DNA from: Raillietiella orientalis
Lineage: Eukaryota
Assembly: GCA_036172245.1 (NCBI GenBank)
Contig: JAYWIR010000004.1
Span: forward strand, 3,534,001 to 3,598,000
Length of the DNA stretch: 64,000 nucleotides
Reading direction: 5' to 3'
Shown here piece after piece: positions 13,101-24,400 of the stretch. A model generated the notes under the pieces. It worked only from the letters and a program-made list of their open reading frames with translations, made no database searches and was not told where the DNA came from. A program made the position numbers and the translations under genes. The first letter of the stretch is position 1. Each line of letters begins with the position of its first letter.

Positions 13101-15959
13101 CGCGCCACCACTAGCACCTCCCTCCCTGCCTCCCTGCTTCAGCTGCGTTCGTGAGGTCACGAATCGCACCCGTTCCGTGGCCTCTGCGTTCTTCTCACCG
13201 GAGTCGCCTGCTGCTCGCGTCTTCCCTATGCCTGCGCAGAAGCCAAGGAGGCGAAGCGTCCCTTGCACTCCCGCGAATGCGCCCGCTGTTCACGGAAACA
13301 CAGTGAGGGAGCGCGCGCGCTCCAGTCGCGAACCAGTCATAAAACGAGAGTGCCTGGGGGCTCCCTGGAGCAGGGTCAGAGATGCGGTAGTGTGGGGAGA
13401 GGGTGCTACCGCTGCTGCTGCAGCCTTCAACCTTCGGTGCCTCTCATGAAGCCAAGAATGGAGGCGGGGAACGGAGGAGCTGCGGCCTCTCGCGGCCCTG
13501 CTGTCGCTGTTGCTGCTACTGTGACGATGACGATCTGTCCGATTTCGTTCTGACGGAGCCTTTTTCTTTTTTGTTGCTTGGCCGAGTTCGCTGAGGGTCT
13601 GTCGGGACCAGAAGGACGCCCGAGCTCGTGCCTCGAGGAAGTCGTGCCTCGCCTCCGGGACACCGAGACGCTCTGGTGACCTCGATTTTTGCCCCCTCGC
13701 TGGTTCTTCTCGAAATTTCCGCCTGATTTTCGGTGATTTCAGACCGGGCTTGGAAACCCCCCGTCTGGCTCTTTGATCCGTGCAATCCCACCCGAAGGTC
13801 GTCCCATTTTCTCCTTCGATGCGGGCAACCAGAAACGCAGCAACCAGGTGTCGTGGTAATCGCTCTGCCCTCGCCTCCTCATTTGCAGTTCCAATGGGCA
13901 GGAATTCCGCCCTTTCGTTTGGTTTCGGAGAAATCGGATGATGGGATGATGTAGCCGGTCTGTGGGCGGTCACTCAAGATGCTCACTTCGTAACTAGTAG
14001 CGGTGACACGCAGCTTTCGATCTCCTTCGCCGACCCTCTCTTGCATCTCTCCCTTCATGAAGCTTCTTTCTCCGTGGTACGAAGCGAGAGTTCGAATTTA
14101 GCTCCCTCCCCTCGAGTGGAGTGGATGCTGGTGGAGGGATGCTGCATTCAAGATGATTCCATCGTTTCCACGAACAGGGGGCTGATAGAAGCTCTCCTTC
14201 TTTCCAGGGTAGCTCGGCGCTTTACCTCCGGACGGCGCGCCTGGGACCCGAACCGTGACCACGGCTCCCACCCTGCGGAATGGGGAAATCGTGCATCTCC
14301 GGGCTCGTGGATTCCCGGGGAAACGCCTGCCCCTGCTGTGAAGACTCGCGTCGAAAACTCGAGGTGGCGATGAGTGAAGAGGCGATCGTCGGCTGGAGTC
14401 CAGCGCAGTTTCGTCGCCGCCACGGATGCACTGCCTGCCAGGGACGAAGAGAGAGCATCGTCCAGCATCCCGAGATTGCAGCCTTGGCAGGAGAAGGGGC
14501 GACGGACGAGGAAGCGGTCCTGAGCAAAGTAGTTCCGAGCAGCATTTTTGTCGAGTTTTCGGGAACGGGTCGTTTCTGGGATGCACACGCCCTTCCTCTG
14601 GGGTGCTTCCCCTCAGCCTCTTTGTTCGGCCGCAGTAAAGGCAGGCATCCCCCCTCCCCCTCCCTTCTAAGCGAGAGGTGTTTCCGAGGACTGCGGAGGA
14701 TGCTGCTCCTTAGCAGCAGGGCCACATGAGGGACTCCTTGCTAAGAGGGGTCAGCAATCCATGCGCGCGATTTTCGTTTCGCGCTTTCCATTCCAATTCC
14801 CGAGAAGGGATGCCGATGCACGCTTCCCTCCGTTCCCCGGGACTCGCCGCTCCGTTCCCCCTTCGCAAGGTGCAAACGGCAACGAGTCCTATTTCCCGGA
14901 CGCTGAGGGGAGGAAGGGTTGGCAGCCAGCACCTGTGCTCGGCCAGCGGCAGAGAAGGAGCGTCAGGAATCTCGGAAGGTCCGCTCTGGCCCCTCGTTGT
15001 GTCTAAAGAGTTGGCCTCTCTTGCTGGGCCCTTGCGGCAAGGTGAGTGAGCGGGAAAACTTCCCAAAGCTTGGCTTCATAGATCCAGCTACAGCCGGACC
15101 ACAGCCGAGCCCGCAAGACCAGTGTGCTCTTCCTGGTCGCCCGTCCCCATGGCCTCCCTGGCCACTTTGGCCTAGGGCTACGGGCCACGCGCGTGGCGGA
15201 GGGCCTCCAGCAGAGAAGAAACAACCGTGATTCGGGAAACAGGGAACGCTTTTGCTTTTCCAATTTTCGTTTGACACACTTCCGAAACAGGAAGGAGGAA
15301 GAGGGAGGGAAGGGGAGAGGACCTGTTTCACCTGCAGGCTTCACAACGTTTCCGGGGTCTCATGTGGAGTTCCCTGCTGCCGAGTGCGGCTTCTTTGCGG
15401 GGTCGCAATGGCAGAGTAAATGAAGATGGGTGCCATCGGCCAAAACTTTGACTCTGGAAGTTGCTTTCCAGCTATGCACGCAGAGTCCATGCGTGGCGAC
15501 GAAATCTCTAAAGTGTAGGCAACGATCCACGCACTGACGTCATCCTCAGGAGGTCCTCCTGAGGCGCTCTAATTGCTCCTCTTGGAGAGACCCCTTTCTG
15601 CTGTCACGATTTTAGGACGAATCTCTGCGGACCACTAGCTGTCTCAGATCCAAGATACTGCCGTGATATAGTTGCTCCCACCCGCACCGAAAATCTTTCA
15701 AGAGAGTAACGTTTTATTACGCTCTGCTTCCCTTCGCTGCTTCCACTGAATCCCATTCTCACTGCCTAGACGCTGGTGGAACTCTTGTGTGGCGTCCTGC
15801 TGTACTGTCGCTCTCTATCTCATGCCTTGCAATTTTTTTTTTTTTTTTTTGTGCATTTGCAAAGCAATCCTTCACTTGATGCAAATGAGTTAGCCACCCT
15901 TCTATAGGGATGCTAGCACACGATTTTGTAGGTTTTCCCCTGAGGAATGCAAACGATGA

Positions 15960-17260
15960 AGTTACCACGAAACGAAAGGTCTTCGTCAGAAGATACTGCC
16001 AACCATTTTCCTGTATGCTACGCAGGATACAGAAAAGTTTAAATTTTCGGAAAAAAAAGTTGCGGAATGGAAAATCTGTGTACTGGATTATTGCAATGAT
16101 AGATTCGTGTTTCAAACACAGCTGTATAATCGCTGGAAACTGAAACACGCTGCAGTCTATCAGCTAGGATTGCGTCCCATCAGCAAACGAGGAACCTAGG
16201 GCGGCGAAGTCACCAGATGGAATTCCAAGGCGTAGGTTAGGAGAAAATAAGATCTTCTCTTAATCTTTGGAAAATGAATGCCATCCTGAAATCGATCACA
16301 ACTAGGCTGCACACCCCAGAATCGCTAGCACAAGTGTGATGTAACACAGCTTCAAGGTAGGAGATAGCCCATATTAGGGAACTGAAGATTATGTTCTCCA
16401 CTGGAAAGTTAGTTAAAGCTATTTTTTATTTGCGCAGAGAGCAAAAACCGGCAGCAACTGGGTTCTTCAGCAATGAAAACCAAAGAGAGACAATAAGAAC
16501 AGACAGATAGCAAAATCGCTGAACAGAGTTCATGATGTAATTCTGCAAATAGCAATGGATGTGGATATATCTGATATTTTGATGAATTCAAGATTAGTCA
16601 GTTCAGCATGAAACATTTCAGGTTTGCTCGAAAAATGCTACTGGTACAAGATCCAAATCATCGATAGATGCTTTCATTCCAAAGAAGCACAGAAAAACAC
16701 AAGTTTGCAAAGCTGAAAAACAAGAACAAAAACGAATTTCTGAACAACGTGAGAAAGGACCGGGATGAGGAGCAAATAATGAGCTTGTTGATTTATAATA
16801 TGCAATTCTTTAAAAGATTCACGATGGATGCAAAAGATTCAAAGGCAACGAGTCCAATGCACTTGAATGATTGCAGGTTTTCATTATCAGATGCAAAAAT
16901 ACATTGCAAAGAATTTGTACAGAAATTTTGAATAAGGAGCATTTGGTTTCCAAAAGTTGAAGTGAGGATCAGATGAATGCATATTCTTATTGCAATAAGT
17001 CGTGTGTTCTCGAAGACAAAGTTCACATAGGAAGACATAAAAGAAAAAATGCTACATTTTTGCTTGATTCCTGATGATTGCTTGTTCGCCTTTCTAAAAT
17101 TCAAGAAAGTCACCGCCTGTTTAGATTTCTTGTATATTTTGCAGCTACTTTTCAAATGATTGCACTTTATCTGAGCACCTCTCAAGTCATCATTTAGAAA
17201 ACTTGGCTGAATACTGATCGCGTAAACATCTAAATGAAACCGAATTTGCAGTAAATGCAT
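15960..17260 (+). pseudogene. Endogenous viral element 1: decayed negative-strand RNA virus L (RdRp) fragment
   Basis: Ordered degenerate motifs: RRYCQPF (15988-16008, like RHWGHPF); RREQKPAATGFFS (16433-16471, premotif A/F KERExK..RFF); SIDA 76 codons later in the same frame (16661, motif A); CKEFVQKF* (to 16931, motif B EGxxQKxW with TGG>TGA); LIPDDCLF (motif D-like). Motif C GDN is not recognisable. Multiple stops and frameshifts, no introns. Confidence 0.6.
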
Positions 17261-17729
17261 CTTGCTGTATTGCCCTTTTTTTTTTTTTGAATGTCCTTGG
17301 TCAGGAGTTTCTTGGATAATTATTGTATTTCAGTTCTGCTTTTTTTTTTCCCTCTATTCCAGAAAAGGCACTAATGATTAGATGAATTTATGTTTCGGTC
17401 CAATTTCCTCATAATACACCAATTCGGCAGTTATAGCAATTGTTCGGTTGACCGTGAAAAACATACAGTTGCATTCCATCAGCAAACTCCAAACGTACTT
17501 TCATTTTTTGAAAAACATAAATTAAAGCAGAATCAGTCTCCGGGGCGGCTCTTGTTCAGTTCTGCTGTCTTTTGTCTCCTCCTGTTGTCTTGGAGTTTTA
17601 AAAAGTACCTATGTTTCCTCTAGAGCTCTGTGATTTCTCCTTCAACTCTGCATGAGTACAGTTCTCAAGATCGGAACGCTAAAAAAAGTTATCCAAAGCA
17701 CCAATTAACCTAAAAAAACTTATCTTGTG

Positions 17730-17803
17730 AATCCTACGATGAAAAAAAATCCTACGAAAGCTATCCTACGAAAATCCTATAGATTTATCCAATTAATCCT
17801 ATG
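17730..17803 (+). repeat. Short degenerate tandem motif ATCCTA(C/T), 5 copies
   Basis: atcctacga x3, then atcctatag and atcctatga, separated by A/T-rich spacers. Confidence 0.6.
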
Positions 17804-18931
17804 AAAACAGCCAAGATCTTGGAACATCAAAAACGGGAAATCGTTGGGTTCTGTAAATTAAATGAATTTCTGTAAATCATTTTGCTGGAGGATTGCTGTC
17901 TGCTCAAGGGTACATCATGGTAAAGAATCCACATGTATTGAAAATTTTGATGAATTCTCGTTATAAATAAGAATGATTGCATTGCTTCCATTATCAGAAC
18001 AGTATAGCACTCCAGCTTTGTTATTATGCTCATGAGTAATAAATAGTGGAACGAGTAGATGATTACCTTTTTAATCTCAAAAAAAGACAGTATAATACGA
18101 AATGGTATGGGTATAGTATGAGGTCCGAGACTGCGAGGGATCGGAAGGACAATCATTCTGTGACGATAATTTTCGTAAAGCTCAAATGAAGGAGTCAACC
18201 GGTCTTTTCAGAATCTCACAATATAATGAATGAAATGCCTTGAAATTAAACAGAAATAATATCTGAATTTACAGCAGCACGGCTTTCAGCTTACTCCGGG
18301 ACTGTTTGAAGTCAACCCTGGGCAAATGATATTCATTTATAAGTTGTCATCAACCTCAATCAGACCAGGAAGTTCGATTTCGTAGATGGCAACGTCCCTG
18401 CGAATGGCTTCGTATGGGCACAGAATACCATCTTCCCATGCAGCATGATGCAATTTATGTTCCTGAAGGAATCCAGATACTTGAAGCCCGGCTTAGAAAC
18501 AGAACCCGTTTTCTTATATGCCTCATTCCAACACGTCGCTTCCGGTCGTTTGAAAGCATGTATCGACTCCTCCTGGTGTTCCGAATTTCTGCCGTGAAGA
18601 GAAAGTTTTGTAAGACAGGCAGTTGCCTAGCTTCAGGTCCATTAAACTCGGTATTGAGGTGATCCGAATGCAGATCGCAGTCGTGATCGCAGTGGTCTTC
18701 GGTTCCTCTACGTAAGAGGATTGCCCCACGTGCAGCGACCACGGTCGTAGCTGGAGGCAGTCCGCATGGGAAGTACATCGCAGCGTACGTCGAAGGCGAG
18801 TGCTGCGAAACAGTTGCTTACCAGTAAGCATCTCAAAGGCTCTCTATTACTGTATCTCTTACAGCGTGAAAATGCACCCCGCTCGTTAGTAATAAAGTGT
18901 CAAAATACTCATAAATATTTTTCCATAGGTC

Positions 18932-21432
18932 ATGGAGTGGCGAAGCCTTACTTTGCCTGGAGATTTCGTTGAGCAGTGCGACTGCGATGGCCTCATAGGG
19001 ATTGAGGAACTAAAGAGTTATTCTCTCGAAGACTTCAGTGCTTCCAACTGTGGAGTTATTCAAGGCACCCGAAAGAAAAAAAGGAAAAATGTATGAAGGA
19101 AATGTAGACCATGAACCGTGTATTAAAATGTTTCATCTTTGGTGTCATTATGTAGACCACAAAACAGCAAAAGTTGCCAAAATACCTAGTGCTTTCGAAA
19201 AAAAATTTAGCAAAGCACAAGATACATGTTTCGAATTCACCAAAAAAACCACAATCAGATGATGTGAATGATGATATGCAAAAGAACGGGGACTCGGAAG
19301 TATGTGCCGAAGAAAGTAGTGTCGACATGCAATCATGGAAGAATTGCTATGTTCCTGAAGAAGTTATAAGAGCATTACTTGATGCAAAATTTTACACACC
19401 AACCCAAATACAGGTTAATAAGTTGCAGCTTTTTTATCGATTACAATACTCATTTTTTCAAGTCTGAGAAACGTATAGTACTTGGGTGATTTTGAATAAA
19501 TTGTTGTGATTTTACATTCTAGGCACTAGTTTTACCAGCTGCAATAAGGGATCAGTTGGATGTTGTTGGAATTGCAGAAACTGGAAGTGGAAAAACTCTT
19601 GCATTTGGTATACCTATCATTGCAGGACTAATGAAAGAAAAAAGTAATTACTGTGCTTGTTTACTAAGTATTTTCAAATATACTGTAACTGACTAATTGT
19701 GGTTTAAGAAGAAGCAGTGCAAAGAATTGCTATTGTGCGTTTTGAGTGCACTTTCATTTGCACTCCAATTAATTTATAAGGTATTAAAGGTGAATTGTGC
19801 TTCTGCTATTTCAGGTATAAGTGAAACAAAAGAGGAAATGCAAAAGCTGTGTGAACCTAAAGCTTTGATTCTGACACCAACTCGTGAGTTGGCTATGCAG
19901 ATTTACTGTCATTTAAAGAATATTTGTACTTATGTGAATTCCATAAAGGTAACCAAAAATATTGCAAGTGTAAAACATGCATATCAGATTCTAGCCATAG
20001 TTGGTGGATTAGCCATAGAAAAACAAGAACGACTTCTGAAGAAACAGCAAGATATTTTAGTGGCTACCCCAGGGCGCTTGTGGGAGCTTGTGCACAATGG
20101 CAGCATAGAAAAAGAAAAAATAAAGGGCATTAGGTAAGTAAATATCAGTTTGAAAGTAAAACAGTCATCATAGTTATGTAGTTATTTAGTCATAGATGAA
20201 ACAGACAGAATGCTCGAACAGAATCACTTTGAAGAGCTTCAGCAGTTGCTATTGCTCTTAAATGAAAGTAACGAACACCCTTGTCATAGGCAGACGTTTA
20301 TGTTTTCAGCAACTTTATCTTTGGTTCATGCAGTTCCTTCTCGCTTGTTTGCAGTTAAAAAAAAAATACCAAAAACTTCACACCAGAAACTCAAACAAAT
20401 TATGGGTATTATTGGCATTAGAAAGGAATACAAGATATTTGATATCACAAAAAAATCTGGGTTATCTGAGACTTTGTCTGAAGCTTGTATACAATGCAGC
20501 AAAGAGCAGAAAGATTTTTACATATATTATTTCTTACAACAGCATCCTGGCAGAGTAGCCATTTTTTGCAATAGTGTTGATTGTGTTCGTCGTTTACAGC
20601 ATCTTCTTGGTATTCTTCAATTCAATCCCATTGTTTTGCATGCATCTATGCGTCAGAAACATAGGCTTCGCAGCCTAGAAAAGTTTACCCAGAGGAATTG
20701 TAGTGTTCTGATATGTACTGATGTTGCTGCACGTGGCCTTGACATCCCAGACATTCAGTATGTTGTTCACTACCAAGTGCCACGCACTGTTGAGGTACTA
20801 CATATTGCATGACACTTTGACTATGAATGCTTTCATTGATTCTTAGAATTATGTGCATCGGAGTGGACGTACTGCTCGGGCATGTAAAGTAGGATCATCA
20901 TTAATTCTAGTCGAGCCATCTGAACACATCTGGTATCAGAATATATGCAAACATTTCAATGCAGGTGATTTTTTTTCCCTGAAAATCATGTTTTCATTTT
21001 TTTTGCATACATGCTGTCTTTGCAGGAAAAAATCTTTCATCATTCCCAGTCAATTTGACCCTCCTAGAAAAAGTCAAGGAACGTGTGCAATTAGCCTGTC
21101 ATATTGATAAATTGGAGCATCAGCAGAGACATGAAAATGTTCATGAGAATTGGAAAAAGAGAACAGCTGAGGAAATGGAGTTAGAACTGGATAGCTCTAG
21201 GTACATCTTGCAGTTTATATTTGTCTTTGAGGTCTTTTTTAGTGACTCAGAGAAAGAAAGCCATAAAAGGAGAACCACGAAGAAACTGAAAGAAAAAAAG
21301 AGAATACTAGATAATTTATTAAAACAGCCTGTGTATTCAAGAGGTTACTCATGGAACTTTCCGACAGAGAAGGGGTATCTAGAAATGCCCAAGTGTCTGA
21401 AAAACAATTTTCAAATAAATACAAAGAGCTGA
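18932..21432 (+). CDS. DDX24: ATP-dependent DEAD-box RNA helicase, DDX24/MAK5-like (spliced, 9 exons)
   Basis: Exons 18932-19090, 19156-19413, 19523-19643, 19815-19948, 19988-20133, 20182-20794, 20847-20964, 21026-21200, 21243-21432, all GT-AG. N-terminal [11 protein letters not shown] motif [50 protein letters not shown]. The exact last exon and stop are less certain. Confidence 0.9.
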
Positions 21433-21462
21433 TAATAATTTGATTAAGGTGTATTCTTTGAG

Positions 21463-24400
21463 TTATTTTCCAGGTACTGACATATTTAATGAGGCACTGG
21501 AACGTCTCCGAGATCTGTAGGAAAACAGTGAATCAAATGCTCATGAAAAAAACATCACCTTATTTCTTGAAATGCATTAATCAGCTTATGTTCGATCAAG
21601 CGGATTTCTTCTATGAGCTGCTGAATTTCTTGATGTTCCTGCTTACCATCAAGTTCCTTCATATGGACTCGGGCCTGAAAAAGCTGACTACGTAGCATTC
21701 TCACTTCTTCTTCTTCTTCCTAAGACACCATTCAAGTTTCGTCATTTGCATGAGATAGCATTTATACTTCCAAATTGCGAGCATCCACCCAAACAAGTAA
21801 TGATGACAATTCCAATTCCTCACTATATGCATTTTTGAGTAGCACACTTCTATATCCTTGCCGTATGCAACGTATCTGACAGGAAGTAGACGTAAGTTGC
21901 ACACAAAGCACAGATACTTACTGGATAAGTAGCTTGCCCCAAAAAATTGGGATCGCTAAACAGATCTTCAGACCATACAACGAATCTAATGAACGCCAAG
22001 TCTGGATTATATATGTCAAATTCAAACATTTCATCCCACACTGGATCCAAGCCATTATCCACTGAATACATGAGTACAATTTAAGAAAGTACAATTCCTG
22101 TATCATGTATGTGCTTACCTTGTGTATCAGTACGGAATTTCTGACCAGAATCGAAATCGGCTCCAAACACTTCAACTTCGACAAAAGGGCAAACTATACC
22201 TCTTCCACTTTTGTTGAGATGCCTAGCTGCAAGAATCTACACTCGGTGTATTATTCAGATATTATTAAAAGAACTCACCCTGACAGATAAGGAAATTGGA
22301 GTTACATATTGCACACAATTTTGAGAATAGGGGTCAAATCCATCCGCAAACATATACTGAGGACGTAAAACATATCCACAAGACCCGTTTTGCATAAATT
22401 TTCCTTGATTAATTTGCATAGCTCTGTCTAAAACATTGCAGAAAAGCATTTCGCTAGGAATTCAAACCAGTGTTGCATGCATCAAAAAAAAGAAAAGAGA
22501 AGGAAGAGGGAAGAAGAAGAAGGGAAAAAAAAACAATCATAAAATATTTTCAAGAACTGTTTTTTGTGAAAGACTTTAAAAATGGCCTATCTGCCAACTC
22601 AGAAATTAAATCTAGCAATGGGTGATTTTGCAATAATCTTTCAACATGCAACTTACGATTTATCTTCATTGGACAGGAGGGGGGATTATAAATATTATAT
22701 TAATTACATCAGAATAACTGAATGCAAATACCTGGTGTCTGGAAATTTAGAGCTGTCATTTGGCATCCTGCATTCCACATATGGACAGGATCATAATTAG
22801 ATGAATCGAACCTATGGCTTCTTGGATACACTCTACTCAGTTGCACCTGCATAAACATGAGTTCAAGGAATGATCAATGCATCTGAATGTACCTGATGAT
22901 ACCATAAAAGAAATTTAACATTTTTCGCAGAAATCCATTTTTCCATCTTATGTTCCGGAAAAGAAGACATTTCTGCAAAGTTCCTACCGCGTTTATTAAT
23001 TAGTTGACGACAAAAAGGTACAGACTGGCAATATACAATTAAACTATTCAATTCTGAAGCAATACGTCCAAGTTTGTTGCTTTCTTTTTCTTGACTCTAA
23101 AGAGCATAAATACAACATACTCTCTTTGTTACAGAATTACCAGTTCGTTCGATCCTTTTGAAGCTACTTTGATTGCAGCCTTCCAGTCTGCAGCTTCTTG
23201 TTCACTGATACATCCCATTTCAAATGGTGTCACGGAATGTGGAGAAGTAATTCTAATAATGCAACACAGATTTGTCTTTGAAATTCGCTGCACTTCAACG
23301 CTGACTCCCTTCAGATTTATACTTCCTTTTTGCAAATTACCCAGAGGCAAATTCGCCTCCTAAAAACAAAAAATCCAGCAAAAAATTCAATTGGCCAGCA
23401 CATAAAAACATCTTATGCATCGCACATCGTATAAGAATTAAACAAAAATATGCCTGTTAACAACTCTGTAGGTTACTTACATTATCTGATCCAGCATCTT
23501 GTTCTAATTCTTCAACGTAATTAGCAGGAAAAAAATGTTGCTTCTTATTGCCATAGTCCCCACGCCACCAATGCTGAGATTCTTTGCTTATATTAATAAT
23601 AATAGCATTTTTACAGAAAGTGAGCTCATCATCTTTCTGTGCTCTGTAATCATATAATGCTTTGGCTTTTATCTAGACAAAAACATTAATTTCATTCAAA
23701 AACATAAATAGATATTTAAATTAAGTTCAAATTTTAGAAAATCAGAAATTCATTTTAATTTGATTTAATTTAAAACTTCATCATACCTTGGATGTTAGTA
23801 AATCTGGATCCATATATGTTGCTGCAACATCCACATATGACTGTAGCTACGAATCAAAAATACAACATAGAATTCATAAACTTTGTTACCCTTCCATGAC
23901 GTTCAAGTAGTTCCTCTGTAACTGGATATTTCAATCTTATTTTTTTGTATAATGGGTATCTGCTATAATAAGCAACAAGTTCCACCAAACTTTCAAAGGA
24001 GGCAGTTCCAAGATAAAAAATACGATCTTCCTGCTTTATCCTGCAATGCTTGATTACATCCTCGGCTCTACATTTATGAAAGGAGACAAAATTTCACAAT
24101 TCATGTCTGGTTAAATATGCGAGCAAATATTGTGAATTTTGAAAATATCTCATTTCACTGATTATATAGACTCAAAAGTAAATTCTAGAATAATGCATAA
24201 AAAACAATCAAAATGATCAAGCTTGTTATATCCAAGTGAACACCTACTACAATAATTCTAAATGTATTTTCATAAATACAGTATATATGTGCAAACTCCT
24301 TTTTGAATTAAAATGTAAATTAACAGCTGTTTATTTATTATTTTCACTGATATATATTCACATGTAATTTATTATCATACAACTGAACAAGTCCGGTATG

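Noticed and set aside
1300..15400. Dozens of long overlapping ORFs (up to 431 aa) in the ORF track
   Set aside because: Arg/Gly/Pro/Ser-rich, present in all six frames and with no family motifs; expected from stop-codon scarcity at high GC.
15544..15564. Palindrome cctcaggagg-t-cctcctgagg
   Set aside because: Single short palindrome with no associated element; plausible by chance.
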